From the sequence record MN871446.1: a stretch of DNA of 64,000 nucleotides, one strand, 5' to 3'. Numbering within the stretch: position 1 is the stretch's first letter; each line of letters begins with the position of its first letter. Under the pieces are notes generated by a model. It saw only the letters and a program-made list of their open reading frames with translations, was not told the origin of the DNA and ran no database searches. Shown here in pieces: positions 44,750 through 54,822 of the stretch. The DNA is from Klebsiella phage KpLz-2_45. A program made the position numbers and the translations under genes.

Positions 44750-45337
44750 TTATTTAACGCCTGATGAACCAAAGCCGTTAGTTCCGCGTTCTGACGATGC
44801 GCTGAACGCGGTCACCTCTTTCAAGTCCAGGTGCCAGATCGGTACCACGATCAGTTGCGCGATACGGTCACCGGGGTTGATAGTGAACGGAACGTCAGAA
44901 CGGTTCCAGGCGGGGATACCGATGATATTTTGGTAGTCGCTGTCGATAATGCCTGTCAGGTTACCCAAAACAATTCCGTTCTTGTACCCTAACCCGGAGC
45001 GCGGATGGGTATTCAACATGAAGTTCGGGTTATTCAGGTGAATAGCAACACCGGAGGAAATCATCTTGCATTCTCCCGGATTCAGTACAACAGGTTCATC
45101 GATTGCCGCCCGCAGATCGACCGCAGCAGAACCAGGGGTCGCGTAGTCCAGTTTACCCCATTCGCTCTCATAACGCGAGTCATGGTAGATAATTTCTGCT
45201 GGGATGAACTGACGCGGATCCGGGTCCGCGATACGAAAACGCTGAACGGTATCAACGGTAGATCCCAGCTGGGAGTGGTGTACGATAGTCCCTGTTTCGG
45301 TCTTAAAATAATTCAGGATTTCTTTTGGCTCAGACAT
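44750..45337 (-). CDS. dut: dUTP diphosphatase (dUTPase) with ~45-aa N-terminal extension
   Basis: All five Dut motifs are present: ATPGSAAVDLRA, PRSGLGYKNGIVLGN, GIIDSDYQN, PGDRIAQLI, ERGTNGFGSSG. Near-collinear with E. coli Dut. Confidence 0.9.
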   Translation of the reverse strand: MSEPKEILNYFKTETGTIVHHSQLGSTVDTVQRFRIADPDPRQFIPAEIIYHDSRYESEWGKLDYATPGSAAVDLRAAIDEPVVLNPGECKMISSGVAIHLNNPNFMLNTHPRSGLGYKNGIVLGNLTGIIDSDYQNIIGIPAWNRSDVPFTINPGDRIAQLIVVPIWHLDLKEVTAFSASSERGTNGFGSSGVK

Positions 45338-45437
45338 TTTTAAACTCTCTTAGGTTATTACGGTGATTAATCAAACAAAGTCGGTGTGCCGTTGAAAAAT
45401 ATAGCCGGGAGAGAGCCGTAGCTCTCTCCCTAAACTA

Positions 45438-47507
45438 TTAAGCGGTTTCGTAATCAGTAATCTGACGACTGGTGTAAATGAACCGGTAAGGGTTAGGTTT
45501 GCTGTACTGTGCTACCGCACCGATCGGCGTATTGTAGAGATGAATCTCGCCGCTTCCATACGTTTGGAAGCTTGACTTCACGCCGTTGTCGTAACTACAG
45601 CTGTAGAAGTAAGATGCCCCTCTACCATAAACGTTAGAACCTACCGTATCTTTCCCGACGACGTACAACGCACCTTTAATACTGTCGGTGCTTTGGTTGC
45701 CGCTGGCGATCGTTTCGAGGTGAGCCACGAAGGTATTCAACCCGTACTCTTCGATAGGGTAACCGTCTACATTTCGGTAAGTCGATTTGAATCGAATCCC
45801 GGTTACACCCGGCCCCACTAATGACCCACGTTTTTGTCCATTACCCGAACCGAAGTGATTCTCAGATACGCAACTGACTTCGAGGAACGTACCTTGTACT
45901 CCCAACGGAATTGTCTGACGGTCACTGCCGTGATAGGTACCGTAAGTCCCGCCGTTACTGAAATGGCAATCTTGAGAGAAGACCTCAGCCCCGTAGTTGT
46001 TCAGACACGCCGTTGAACAGGTTCCGGTAACCTCCACGCCCTTCAACCATAAAGACGGTTTCGCGTTGATCGCCACAGACTCAGCGCCCAAACCAATGTC
46101 GGTGTCAGAGACTTTCACATTGGAAACGTAAATTGTGCTGTTCCCAGTGAAATTCAGTCCCGTGTTCTTCACGACAACTTTAACGTTACTGTCAGGCTTA
46201 CGGCTGTTCGACGTCTGGACAATGATCGCAGTGGACGTCACGCAGTAGCTTCCTACTGTGGCCACTACCGCAGCAGGACCGTCTACTTCCACTAAGCGTT
46301 TAGGTAACCCGTTACTGTCTAACGTGCCGTAGTCAAAGACACCGGCGATATTTAGACCTGTTGCTAAATATTGATAGACAACGTTAGAGTCGGAGTAAAG
46401 CGACCAGTTAGTGATCCCCAGATCGCCCGTAAAGGTCGGTACGGTGCCACCGGTGCCATAGATACCGATCTTACGGTCATTCACTGTACGTTGAACGAAG
46501 AACGGTTTAGAGCCCTTCACGACGATACTGGTGGCAATAGGCGATTTATCAATTGCAGCGTTAAGAGTTTTCAGTGGGTTAGCTTCACTTCCATCATTCC
46601 CGTCTGCACCGAGATCAGAGTCAACGTAGTAGACCATCCCGTAGGGGAAGTACCATTCGCTCAGATCAAAGTCGGTTGAGAATCGCATCAGTCCCTGGGC
46701 CAACGCTCCCTCGTAAGGGAAGACCGCAGCGAGTGGATCAAAAACCGCAGGGAGTTTAGGAACTACCGGCAAACAGTTATTTGCACTGTCGTAACTGGTC
46801 TCGTAAGAAGGACCGGTCAGTTCCAGTAATTGCCCAGCGCGGAAACGCGCCACTGTATTACCCGATTGTAGCGAACTTTGAGTCATTGACAACGATCCGT
46901 CATTCCCTAAAATAATCCCAGTATTCGCGGCAGTCGGTAAGAAACTCCCTTGTTTCCCAACCACAAAGTTTTCGCCGTTAATTCGGCTCTTCCCAGAGAG
47001 CGTAAAGGTTTTACCGTCTGACTGATAAAGTTGATACGGGGTGCGGAGCCAATCGCGAATCGTGGTTTCTTGACCGAAATAAACTTCGAGTGTCCCGATG
47101 TACATCAATGAAGTAGCAACGGTTTTCAGTGTAAAGACACCGATTGTGGTCGTCAACGCAGTGGGAATGAAGACTTCCTGTTTGATATCGGTCATGTCCA
47201 GCTGTAGGCCGTACAACGTATTCAAACGGGTAACGATATCTTCGGCCGTGAATATTCCGGCAGTAGACATGAACACCACGGGCTCGGTCAGGACTCTATT
47301 GAGATTGACCCGGTTGTAATCAAAGACTGCTGAATCACGGTAGTCACCTGCATCGGTCGCTACCGCGGTGATACGCGTGTTAAAATTCCCGGTCGTCAGG
47401 GCAGTGAGGTTGATGAAATCCAAATCGCTTTCTTTAAAAAAGGCACCGTACTGCGTGTTCAGCTGACGAACCAGAAGCGCTTTACTTTTTAACGAGAAAT
47501 CTGTCAT
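45438..47507 (-). CDS. tail fibre / tailspike protein (receptor-binding protein), paralog of 47524-49584
   Basis: 689 aa; Gly/Ser/Thr/Asn-rich beta-rich composition; shared SRKPDSNV motif and similar N-terminus with the next gene. Confidence 0.7.
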   Translation of the reverse strand: MTDFSLKSKALLVRQLNTQYGAFFKESDLDFINLTALTTGNFNTRITAVATDAGDYRDSAVFDYNRVNLNRVLTEPVVFMSTAGIFTAEDIVTRLNTLYGLQLDMTDIKQEVFIPTALTTTIGVFTLKTVATSLMYIGTLEVYFGQETTIRDWLRTPYQLYQSDGKTFTLSGKSRINGENFVVGKQGSFLPTAANTGIILGNDGSLSMTQSSLQSGNTVARFRAGQLLELTGPSYETSYDSANNCLPVVPKLPAVFDPLAAVFPYEGALAQGLMRFSTDFDLSEWYFPYGMVYYVDSDLGADGNDGSEANPLKTLNAAIDKSPIATSIVVKGSKPFFVQRTVNDRKIGIYGTGGTVPTFTGDLGITNWSLYSDSNVVYQYLATGLNIAGVFDYGTLDSNGLPKRLVEVDGPAAVVATVGSYCVTSTAIIVQTSNSRKPDSNVKVVVKNTGLNFTGNSTIYVSNVKVSDTDIGLGAESVAINAKPSLWLKGVEVTGTCSTACLNNYGAEVFSQDCHFSNGGTYGTYHGSDRQTIPLGVQGTFLEVSCVSENHFGSGNGQKRGSLVGPGVTGIRFKSTYRNVDGYPIEEYGLNTFVAHLETIASGNQSTDSIKGALYVVGKDTVGSNVYGRGASYFYSCSYDNGVKSSFQTYGSGEIHLYNTPIGAVAQYSKPNPYRFIYTSRQITDYETA

Positions 47508-47523
47508 TTTAAATTCGCCCCAG

Positions 47524-49584
47524 TTAAGCGGTATAAATGAATTGATACGGGGTCAGAAGCTGTGTGGCCGGTTTAGTGCCAATGTCGGTATCGAACAGGG
47601 CGATTTTCCCTACTCCGTTTGGAATGAACGAGAACGCCGAGTTATCCCCTTTACAACTCCAGTACTGAGCCGATGCAGCGGTCGTCGCATTCGCACCGGT
47701 GGTAAAGTGCGCCAGATTACTCAACGTGTTCGTCACGCTATTGGACTGGCAAGCGATATTCACCGAGAACGTTCCTTCACCGGAGTCTTTGACGTGAGAA
47801 CCGTCACAATGGCTGTATACGGAGTTCAGACGCAGGATTGTCCCGTACGCAGAGAGACCGGAGGCCGCAGAGGTATGGTTACTATCAAAACCGCAGTAGC
47901 TGACTGTTGCTCTATTCTCCACGATCCAATACTTACTGTTCATCGCAGGTAATACACGGTCACTGTTGTAACTGAATCCGCCACTGAAACCAAATTGTGC
48001 AACACAGTCTTGGTGTGCAACGTTATAACCGTAGCTTCCGAAGGATGGGCCCTTGAACGTCCACCCGAACCGACAGGCGTTCATGTACAGATACCCGTAG
48101 GTTCTCGGTGTGGTCATGTCTGCGATAAAGCCATTGTAGGAGAGATCAAAATTACATTTCTCCATGAACACGTTACCCGCATCGGCGACTGACCCTGAGA
48201 GCGTTTTTGCAATCAGGTAAACATTACTGTCTGGCTTGCGGCTATCGGTTAATCGAACGTAGACCCGATTATTGGTGTTGTCGATGTAATACGAGTGCGG
48301 AGTGTTCGCACAGTCAGCAATCGAGGTCTTAGCAGTCATTCTCCCGTACCCGGCATCGCTGTATACCGTTTTGTCTACCACGGCAGCAATGTCACTGATT
48401 TTACTGTACCAGGTGTTGGCATCGTACCCTGACCAATCAGTACTTTGACGGGTGGAGGTAAAGGTAGGGTTAACGTCACCGTAACCAATAATATCGACCG
48501 TACGTTGGCGAATAGTTTGTGTCCAGCCAGAGTCGGCATCGTAGTAAAGATCCGCGTAACCTTTTACGCGAATAACTCTGGCAGCAGGCAGTCGGTTTAT
48601 CGCACGACGGAAGGTTTTGAACGCAGTCGCTGCGGTCGAACCGTCATTGGTGTCGGAACCGTCTTTGACATCAACGAAGACCACTGTACCTGTACCGGCA
48701 CGTTTACTGGTGACGTCGAAACCCAGAGAGTAGGTCAATGTCCCCGCATTCAACGACGCTGTTAACCCTAACGTTTCAGGGATCACTGCAAGCTGAGACG
48801 GTAACATCGGCACTTTAGGAAGCAAGTTACCCGTGGCGTCGTAAGACGTTTCACCGTTGACTCCTAAGGTCTCCAGTAGACGACCATTGCGGAAGCGTCC
48901 TATCAACGTGTTCTTGCTGTTTGGGTGATAGTCGATTGCCGGGATAATATTCCCAGTAGGAGAAAGATAAAGCGCAGTTAACCCGGAACGTTGCGAAATA
49001 GTACGGCTGACGTCAACGATGTCTTTCCCAGCCAGTTTCCAGTGACCGCCTAAAAAGCTGAGGGTGTTATAGTCACTTCCCACGGTAAACTGTAGCGCAT
49101 TGAAATATTGGTAAACCGCCTCTTGTTTGCCGAGATAGATAGTTACGCTACCGGTGTACACGAGGTGATTATCTGCCACGCTGACTGTGATCTTTCTGAC
49201 GCCAGTGGCAATGTCATCTGGGCGATACGGGCCGTCTACGAGATCAGTGGTAGTTAGGGCGAGTTGGTATTTCTCGTTCAGGTACGGAATTAAATCAACG
49301 ATACGAGAAAGGGTATAGTCTTCCAGTTGACAGTAGGGTCGGGCCAATAGCGTTTTAAAGCTCAGGCGATTATACTGTAATGTTACACCGAGCGATTGCA
49401 GGGACGAGCCGTTAGTGACGTTAATCGTCGTATTCAAACCGTTAACAACGGTAGTGTTAACAGCGGGTGTACCTAACGAGATTGACGAAGTCGTGTACAT
49501 TGTCCCGTTTGCTTCGTTAATCAGGTCAACGGCAATCTGTTTTGGGGTCTGTTTTAAATCAACCATTTTCAATTCATCCCTCAT
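47524..49584 (-). CDS. tail fibre / tailspike protein
   Basis: 686 aa; TDSRKPDSNVY motif; composition typical of beta-helix RBPs. Confidence 0.7.
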   Translation of the reverse strand: MRDELKMVDLKQTPKQIAVDLINEANGTMYTTSSISLGTPAVNTTVVNGLNTTINVTNGSSLQSLGVTLQYNRLSFKTLLARPYCQLEDYTLSRIVDLIPYLNEKYQLALTTTDLVDGPYRPDDIATGVRKITVSVADNHLVYTGSVTIYLGKQEAVYQYFNALQFTVGSDYNTLSFLGGHWKLAGKDIVDVSRTISQRSGLTALYLSPTGNIIPAIDYHPNSKNTLIGRFRNGRLLETLGVNGETSYDATGNLLPKVPMLPSQLAVIPETLGLTASLNAGTLTYSLGFDVTSKRAGTGTVVFVDVKDGSDTNDGSTAATAFKTFRRAINRLPAARVIRVKGYADLYYDADSGWTQTIRQRTVDIIGYGDVNPTFTSTRQSTDWSGYDANTWYSKISDIAAVVDKTVYSDAGYGRMTAKTSIADCANTPHSYYIDNTNNRVYVRLTDSRKPDSNVYLIAKTLSGSVADAGNVFMEKCNFDLSYNGFIADMTTPRTYGYLYMNACRFGWTFKGPSFGSYGYNVAHQDCVAQFGFSGGFSYNSDRVLPAMNSKYWIVENRATVSYCGFDSNHTSAASGLSAYGTILRLNSVYSHCDGSHVKDSGEGTFSVNIACQSNSVTNTLSNLAHFTTGANATTAASAQYWSCKGDNSAFSFIPNGVGKIALFDTDIGTKPATQLLTPYQFIYTA

Positions 49585-49658
49585 TATACGGGGCGGTTAA
49601 AGTACGAGTCATAGAAAGGTTTTGGGACAAAAAAGAAAAGCGCGAGAAGGAGACAACA

Positions 49659-49686
49659 GGAGAAGAGAGCAGACGCTCTCTTCTCC
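49659..49686 (-). terminator. terminator-like hairpin after the acidic-protein gene
   Basis: GGAGAAGAGAGC-AGAC-GCTCTCTTCTCC 12-bp stem. Confidence 0.5.
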
Positions 49687-49692
49687 TGGGAA

Positions 49693-50100
49693 TTATTCAT
49701 CGTCTTCGAAGTCTTCCGGTACAGATTGGTAATCGTCATCGTCGTAGTCGTCCCAATCCTCTTCCTCGCTGTCGTCAAGTTCATCGATGATCTTGTTGTC
49801 AGCTTCTTCCATGAACCAGCCTTTCTCAGCCAGTGTAGCAGCAAAGACGTTGTTCCCTTCTTCGATCAGCGTTTCGGTCACCGCCCCTGAGTCATTCTCA
49901 GTAACGGCAACCACCGTGAGTTCTTCGCCGTCAGCGGTCTTATCGTTGACATCCGTTTTATAGAGTTCAAACCCTAACTGTTCGTTGACACTTTCTAATG
50001 TTTCAGAAAGGTCGAGTGGGTCAACCGGACGGCCGTCGTTGTCGATGACTTCGAAAGTCTCTTCGTCGGTACTGAATTTCAGGATAGTGCGATTTGTCAT
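49693..50100 (-). CDS. highly acidic protein (C-terminal DDSEEEDWDDYDDDDYQSVPEDFEDDE)
   Basis: 135 aa, >30% Asp+Glu; ATGA-coupled; own terminator hairpin downstream. Confidence 0.5.
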   Translation of the reverse strand: MTNRTILKFSTDEETFEVIDNDGRPVDPLDLSETLESVNEQLGFELYKTDVNDKTADGEELTVVAVTENDSGAVTETLIEEGNNVFAATLAEKGWFMEEADNKIIDELDDSEEEDWDDYDDDDYQSVPEDFEDDE

Positions 50101-50426
50101 TTCCAGTCCTCCTGGGTGCGTTTAATAAAGAGTGCGTCAACGACAGTCAGATCGACAGGGATCAGCTCAGTCGCCGCATGGGGTTGTATAAAGTAAAGCG
50201 TCAGAGTTGTGTCGTTGGTGAGTTTTCCAACCACGTTGTAAAGAACACCGTTGTACATTCCGGATGTGCCGGTTTTCAGATTGAGTGCAACAATGAGTTG
50301 TCGTCCCAGTAAATCGCAGTTGTTACCAGGGTAAGTGTCGCGGAGTTTAAAGAGTACTCGACCCACCTTTTCTTGCCATTCTTTCATTAACACATTGAGA
50401 ATCGTTTCTCTTGTAATAACCTGCAT
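50097..50426 (-). CDS. hypothetical protein (ATG at 50426 with AAGGAAG SD; track extends to a TTG at 50534)
   Basis: Shorter start leaves a plausible 120-nt divergent intergenic region. Confidence 0.45.
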   Translation of the reverse strand: MQVITRETILNVLMKEWQEKVGRVLFKLRDTYPGNNCDLLGRQLIVALNLKTGTSGMYNGVLYNVVGKLTNDTTLTLYFIQPHAATELIPVDLTVVDALFIKRTQEDWK

Positions 50427-50547
50427 CTTGTCTTCCTTATTGGTCGTTATCATAGAAAGTTTACTTAAAAATAGATTTGGGGTAGTCAAGAAAAACAGGC
50501 GGTATATTGCTATGTTAACACCTAAAATGAACAAGGCATAAGTAGCG

Positions 50548-50760
50548 ATGAACTATTCAATCATTCCCACCACAGCGCAAAAGATTGTTGAGATTACCCG
50601 CAGTAAAATTGACCCGAATGCGGTCACGCTCATTTTCGAAGACGGGGCAAACGAAACATTTCTGGATTGGTTTGTCCAGAAACATAAACCAGCAATCGGT
50701 CGTTTTCTGGCCAAAGACACCGACGGTTTCCTGCACGTAGTAGACACGATCGACGCTTAA
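50548..50760 (+). CDS. hypothetical protein. It is the only plus-strand gene in the window.
   Basis: 70 aa; convergent with 50800-51045 across a shared bidirectional terminator hairpin. Confidence 0.5.
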   Translation: MNYSIIPTTAQKIVEITRSKIDPNAVTLIFEDGANETFLDWFVQKHKPAIGRFLAKDTDGFLHVVDTIDA

Positions 50761-50769
50761 AAGAACACA

Positions 50770-50800
50770 GAAAGGAAAGGGGTTAGTCCCCTTTCCTTTC
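50770..50800. terminator. bidirectional terminator between convergent genes
   Basis: GAAAGGAAAGGGG-TTAGT-CCCCTTTCCTTTC 13-bp stem between the plus gene 50548-50760 and the minus gene 50800-51045. Confidence 0.6.
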
Positions 50801-51045
50801 TAGTCTATATTGTTTTTCAGGATGTCTTCGGCAGGGTAGAAATGATCTTCTACGATTTTACCGAATTGATGGGCGCCAGTGAGTGCGTTTTCTACGGGGG
50901 TGATGTAAGCGGCTTTATTGTCCCACGGCGGGAGAAGCTCTGAGAGCAACAGTGCGGCTTCGTTTAATAAAGCTAGGTTCTCGTCAGGGACGAATGATAT
51001 TGTCTCTTGTAGGCTCTCTAAGAGCGCTATACGGGGAGTAAACAT
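50800..51045 (-). CDS. hypothetical protein
   Basis: 81 aa; AAGGG SD; first gene after promoter motif #8. Confidence 0.45.
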   Translation of the reverse strand: MFTPRIALLESLQETISFVPDENLALLNEAALLLSELLPPWDNKAAYITPVENALTGAHQFGKIVEDHFYPAEDILKNNID

Positions 51046-51178
51046 AGTTGACCCTTAAAGGTGAAATAAGACAGGGACCGAAGTCCCTGAACTTATAAAT
51101 TAAAATGAATGTCTCGTTATTAACCGGCACTGTGAGAAACGGTTAAATAGGAGTAATCGGAGGGTGTCTTATTTCCTC

Positions 51179-51206
51179 TTCACACTTGTAATATAGATGT
51201 GAAAAA
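51179..51206 (-). promoter_or_regulatory. conserved promoter-like motif copy 8 (GTAATATAGAT variant)
   Basis: In the 170-nt gap after the tailspike gene 51216-52943, upstream of 50800-51045. Confidence 0.5.
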
Positions 51207-51215
51207 GAATCGAGA

Positions 51216-52943
51216 TTAAGTAATTTTCATCCACCAAATATCATTAATAAAATTCCCATCGATATCGGTGGTGGTAGTATTAGATCCCGACCCTTTCAAA
51301 ACAGTACCTGGCATAGTTTTAATCTTTCTTGCACTTGCAACGGACACTGGTGGTTGAGATGGAATATAACCGATTTTAGGATCGGTAATATTAACATTGG
51401 TGCACGTTCCTGCTAATTGCACGGCGGCAGCGGCGGCTGTAATGTCAGCTGCTGACCATACTTGTGAAAAAGCAACAACGTTAGTTAAAACAGTGGCTGC
51501 TTTACTGTAATTGACCGTGTCTGTTATAGGTTTAAGAATATTTAAACCGTCATTATATCTGGCGTAATAGACCGAGTCCTGAATAACTAATCGAGGAACT
51601 TCACCCTGTAACAACGGGAAATTATTATTACTAGCGAGGTATTTACTGGTTCGAGAAACGGTGTCAATAAAGACGCAGTTCCTGACCACATTGTTGTAAT
51701 TAATGTTACCAGAACGAATGTTGGTGCAATAGTCGTAACCGGAAGAAGGATATGGTAATCGTTGAATACCGTCATTGAAAAAGAACGAAAACTCAACAAC
51801 ATTGTTACCTTGGCCATTCCTTCGATCATAGAACCATTGCGCCTGTGTATAAGTGCCGGAATAGGGGGCGTACGCCGCTCGTGCTCCACCTTGTACACTT
51901 GTAGAAGAATTGCCCATAAATAGAATCGAGGCGCCATTGTTGAAGCCAATGATATTTCTTGCCACCGAATCCCACGTACAGTAATCAAAATCAATGATTT
52001 CATTATCGGTAACCGAAGGGTGCATACCACCGCCGAAAATGTTTTCAATCATGATTCGATTACAACGCCATGTCCAAAACCCCGCATCGGCATATAGCGT
52101 TTCAGTGTTCTCTAACGCGTTATCCCATCGGTATTTTGAATACGTAATATTCCGCATGACTGACTGATATTTGTCCACAACGTAGGCGGAGTTTAAAGAC
52201 TCCACGCCAGCAAACTGACAGCCTCCTTTTGAGATTCCTGTCATCTCAATATTCTCTACTTTGACCCCGCGAGAATAATACGTCCCTTTAGAGTTGTCAG
52301 TAATATCATCTGCTTTCCAATGGTTCCCCACGATGTTAATGGATCTCGCTACATTGAAAAATGAAGAATTTCTGACACCAAAAACATTCGCCCTATTTGT
52401 GGCGGCACCATCTAAACGTATATTGACGGCGGAATCATAGTCTTTATGATTTCCGCTTCTGCCAATCGGATCGCTAATAAATTTACAATTATCAATCCAT
52501 ACGTCGACATCAGTTTCCACAGTTACCGGTGGCAATTCAAACCAAATAAAACAGCTACTGTTATTATCGACCGAAACAAGATTGTTTCGGGCATAAAACT
52601 CTATTCCGCTGACGGTAACGCTTTGTACCTTACGTGCGGTCAAATGCATTGCACGATAGCTATACCCATCGAGCGCAGTGGCAGCTTTAAAATAGTCTGT
52701 GTTAATCCATTTTGGTTTTGGTCCAGTCCCATAACTTGTAATATAAGACATGGTCCCCGTTGTGTTGTACAAAGAGGTTAAGCCAAAATTAACGTTCTCA
52801 TAAATAGTTGTCCCTGCTTTTAGTGCAATAGTACAAGGGTGACTGAAACCTTGTGCAATCAATGCAGAAAACGTTTTAAATGGTGAGTCTTTTGTCCCCG
52901 TACCGTTCACTGATACGGTAGGATCAATGTAATAATAGTTCAT
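51216..52943 (-). CDS. tailspike-like right-handed beta-helix protein (pectate-lyase-fold depolymerase candidate)
   Basis: 575 aa; repeated Asn/Gly/Val-rich short beta-strand pattern; AAGAGG SD; own terminator. Confidence 0.65.
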   Translation of the reverse strand: MNYYYIDPTVSVNGTGTKDSPFKTFSALIAQGFSHPCTIALKAGTTIYENVNFGLTSLYNTTGTMSYITSYGTGPKPKWINTDYFKAATALDGYSYRAMHLTARKVQSVTVSGIEFYARNNLVSVDNNSSCFIWFELPPVTVETDVDVWIDNCKFISDPIGRSGNHKDYDSAVNIRLDGAATNRANVFGVRNSSFFNVARSINIVGNHWKADDITDNSKGTYYSRGVKVENIEMTGISKGGCQFAGVESLNSAYVVDKYQSVMRNITYSKYRWDNALENTETLYADAGFWTWRCNRIMIENIFGGGMHPSVTDNEIIDFDYCTWDSVARNIIGFNNGASILFMGNSSTSVQGGARAAYAPYSGTYTQAQWFYDRRNGQGNNVVEFSFFFNDGIQRLPYPSSGYDYCTNIRSGNINYNNVVRNCVFIDTVSRTSKYLASNNNFPLLQGEVPRLVIQDSVYYARYNDGLNILKPITDTVNYSKAATVLTNVVAFSQVWSAADITAAAAAVQLAGTCTNVNITDPKIGYIPSQPPVSVASARKIKTMPGTVLKGSGSNTTTTDIDGNFINDIWWMKIT

Positions 52944-52952
52944 CTAAACCTC

Positions 52953-54776
52953 TTAATTTGCGAGTTTTACCAACACGTCTATCCAAACTGCCGGGCCCAG
53001 ATCTACTGGGGAGCTACTCAACGCTTCTGTTACCGTGATCGCGTTAGTTGTTGTATTCAGTGTGGCAGTAGTAAGGACTTGCCTAACGCTAAACGCAAAT
53101 GTATGTGCAGTTGTATCCGTTGCACCAATAACGTATCGATAACTGTTAGCATTATTTGGTATCTGAGGTAGCCTTATCTGCCAAGGCATATCTGTCGCAA
53201 GATCAGCACCTGTGATCGTGAAATTAAGACTCGGTATTGTGCATGTTAATGAATCAACACCACTTTCAAAATTGGTGGCGTAACAAAAAGAAGAAACGAA
53301 TTTCTTAAAGGGAGCGGCATTGATAACCGAATCAGCCGGGTGGTTGTAATGACAACGCAATACAGCATAACCCTCTGGTACGTCAAAACTCGAACCATCA
53401 TTGAGTAACACGCGACGATAGTTTGACCCTGTATAGGCGGTGTTCGCCCAAATAATCCCTGCAGGGGTCGAACCACTGAGCGACGTCAATTGTGACCCGC
53501 CCATGTATTTATTCCAATTCCATGTGATCAAGTTTGCATTTCCGGAGTTCACGCAAGTAGAACTCAAATAAGTGGAATGCGCCGGAGTTCTTAGGTAGAA
53601 ATTCACCGTTCCGGTTGTTGTATCTTGAACCAAACCAATAACCGGTTGGAGGGCGTTTTTTACATCGCTATTATCCAACATCTTACCCGAACCAATCCCT
53701 GTAAAACGAACGTACTTATTAATGTTGTATTGAGTAAACGCGGTAACGACATCTGGTAAATTGACATCGAGAACATATGTCAAAACATTGCTATTTGTCG
53801 CGTTCCCAATATTAATTAAGCAGGAGAAACGTGCGCCGATAAGATTGGATGGGTTTACAATAGTTGCGAAATTAATGAAGTTAGCATTAGCACTGTCTAC
53901 GGTGAAGTAGGTGTCGTAAGAATTGGCCAGACTCCGTCCAATAGAATCAAGCTGAGCTAATTCTCTGACAGCTGTGCCGTTCGCCCAACTCCAACGATAA
54001 CGCCCAGCGTCAGTGAAAGGGACTAACCCTGTTTGGAGCGGAGAAACAGTAAAGATTCTTGGGAGATTTGTGGTTTTATCATAACTCCACATGATCGCTG
54101 GGGAGGTTTCATCATCCGCTTGGCCGTCTACAGGGAATCGCGCAATGACGTCTTGATAAGGACCTCTCCAGTAGCCTGTGCCTTCAGCAAAAGGTACATG
54201 AATGTTTCTTGCAGTTCGGTGTCCGTCAACGGTAGCTGAGGTTTTCAGTCTTCCGCGGTTATCAATGAGAATGGTACCCAGATTTTTCTTTCCGCCGAAG
54301 TTAATGCCAGCTACCGCTTGAATATCTTCAGGGGCCGGGTTGACGTCGTATTGACCTTTTACGCTCATTTGATCTTCAACGGAAATATCGTCAGAAGCAG
54401 AGGGCCCGTTTCCGTCAGTTGTTCCTTTATTATCAATTTCGCCCTTAAATTCCGCTAACAAATTTTCAACGACGCTCAAAGCCTGATCAATTACCCCAAG
54501 ATCTCTCCATGGGCCAACGTTAAAACTTCCTGTTGTCGTTACCAAGTTTAAAGTTCCATCTTGGTTTCTGGTGAAACTTTGCAACGTTCCCGTAGCTGAA
54601 ACTGTTTCGAAACAGTTGTTTGTATTAAAATCAAAAAGCACGTTTACATTGGAAAGGTCGACATTTGTCTCGAGTACCGCTATTTGATTTGTTTCTAATC
54701 CCAGTAGAGTACAAAGGTTACGAAGAATGATCTCTTTTGTTGTACTTCCGTTGGGTTGGACTAAACGATTTAACAT
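52953..54776 (-). CDS. tail fibre / tailspike protein
   Basis: 607 aa; N-terminus (LNRLVQPNGSTT...NVDL) is similar to that of 59875-62145. Confidence 0.65.
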   Translation of the reverse strand: MLNRLVQPNGSTTKEIILRNLCTLLGLETNQIAVLETNVDLSNVNVLFDFNTNNCFETVSATGTLQSFTRNQDGTLNLVTTTGSFNVGPWRDLGVIDQALSVVENLLAEFKGEIDNKGTTDGNGPSASDDISVEDQMSVKGQYDVNPAPEDIQAVAGINFGGKKNLGTILIDNRGRLKTSATVDGHRTARNIHVPFAEGTGYWRGPYQDVIARFPVDGQADDETSPAIMWSYDKTTNLPRIFTVSPLQTGLVPFTDAGRYRWSWANGTAVRELAQLDSIGRSLANSYDTYFTVDSANANFINFATIVNPSNLIGARFSCLINIGNATNSNVLTYVLDVNLPDVVTAFTQYNINKYVRFTGIGSGKMLDNSDVKNALQPVIGLVQDTTTGTVNFYLRTPAHSTYLSSTCVNSGNANLITWNWNKYMGGSQLTSLSGSTPAGIIWANTAYTGSNYRRVLLNDGSSFDVPEGYAVLRCHYNHPADSVINAAPFKKFVSSFCYATNFESGVDSLTCTIPSLNFTITGADLATDMPWQIRLPQIPNNANSYRYVIGATDTTAHTFAFSVRQVLTTATLNTTTNAITVTEALSSSPVDLGPAVWIDVLVKLAN

Positions 54777-54795
54777 GATTATTCCTTGTAGAAAG

Positions 54796-54817
54796 CCAGA
54801 GAGGGATTCCTCTCTGG
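54796..54817 (-). terminator. terminator-like hairpin between two RBP genes
   Basis: CCAGAGAGG-GATT-CCTCTCTGG. Confidence 0.4.
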
Positions 54818-54822
54818 TGTTA

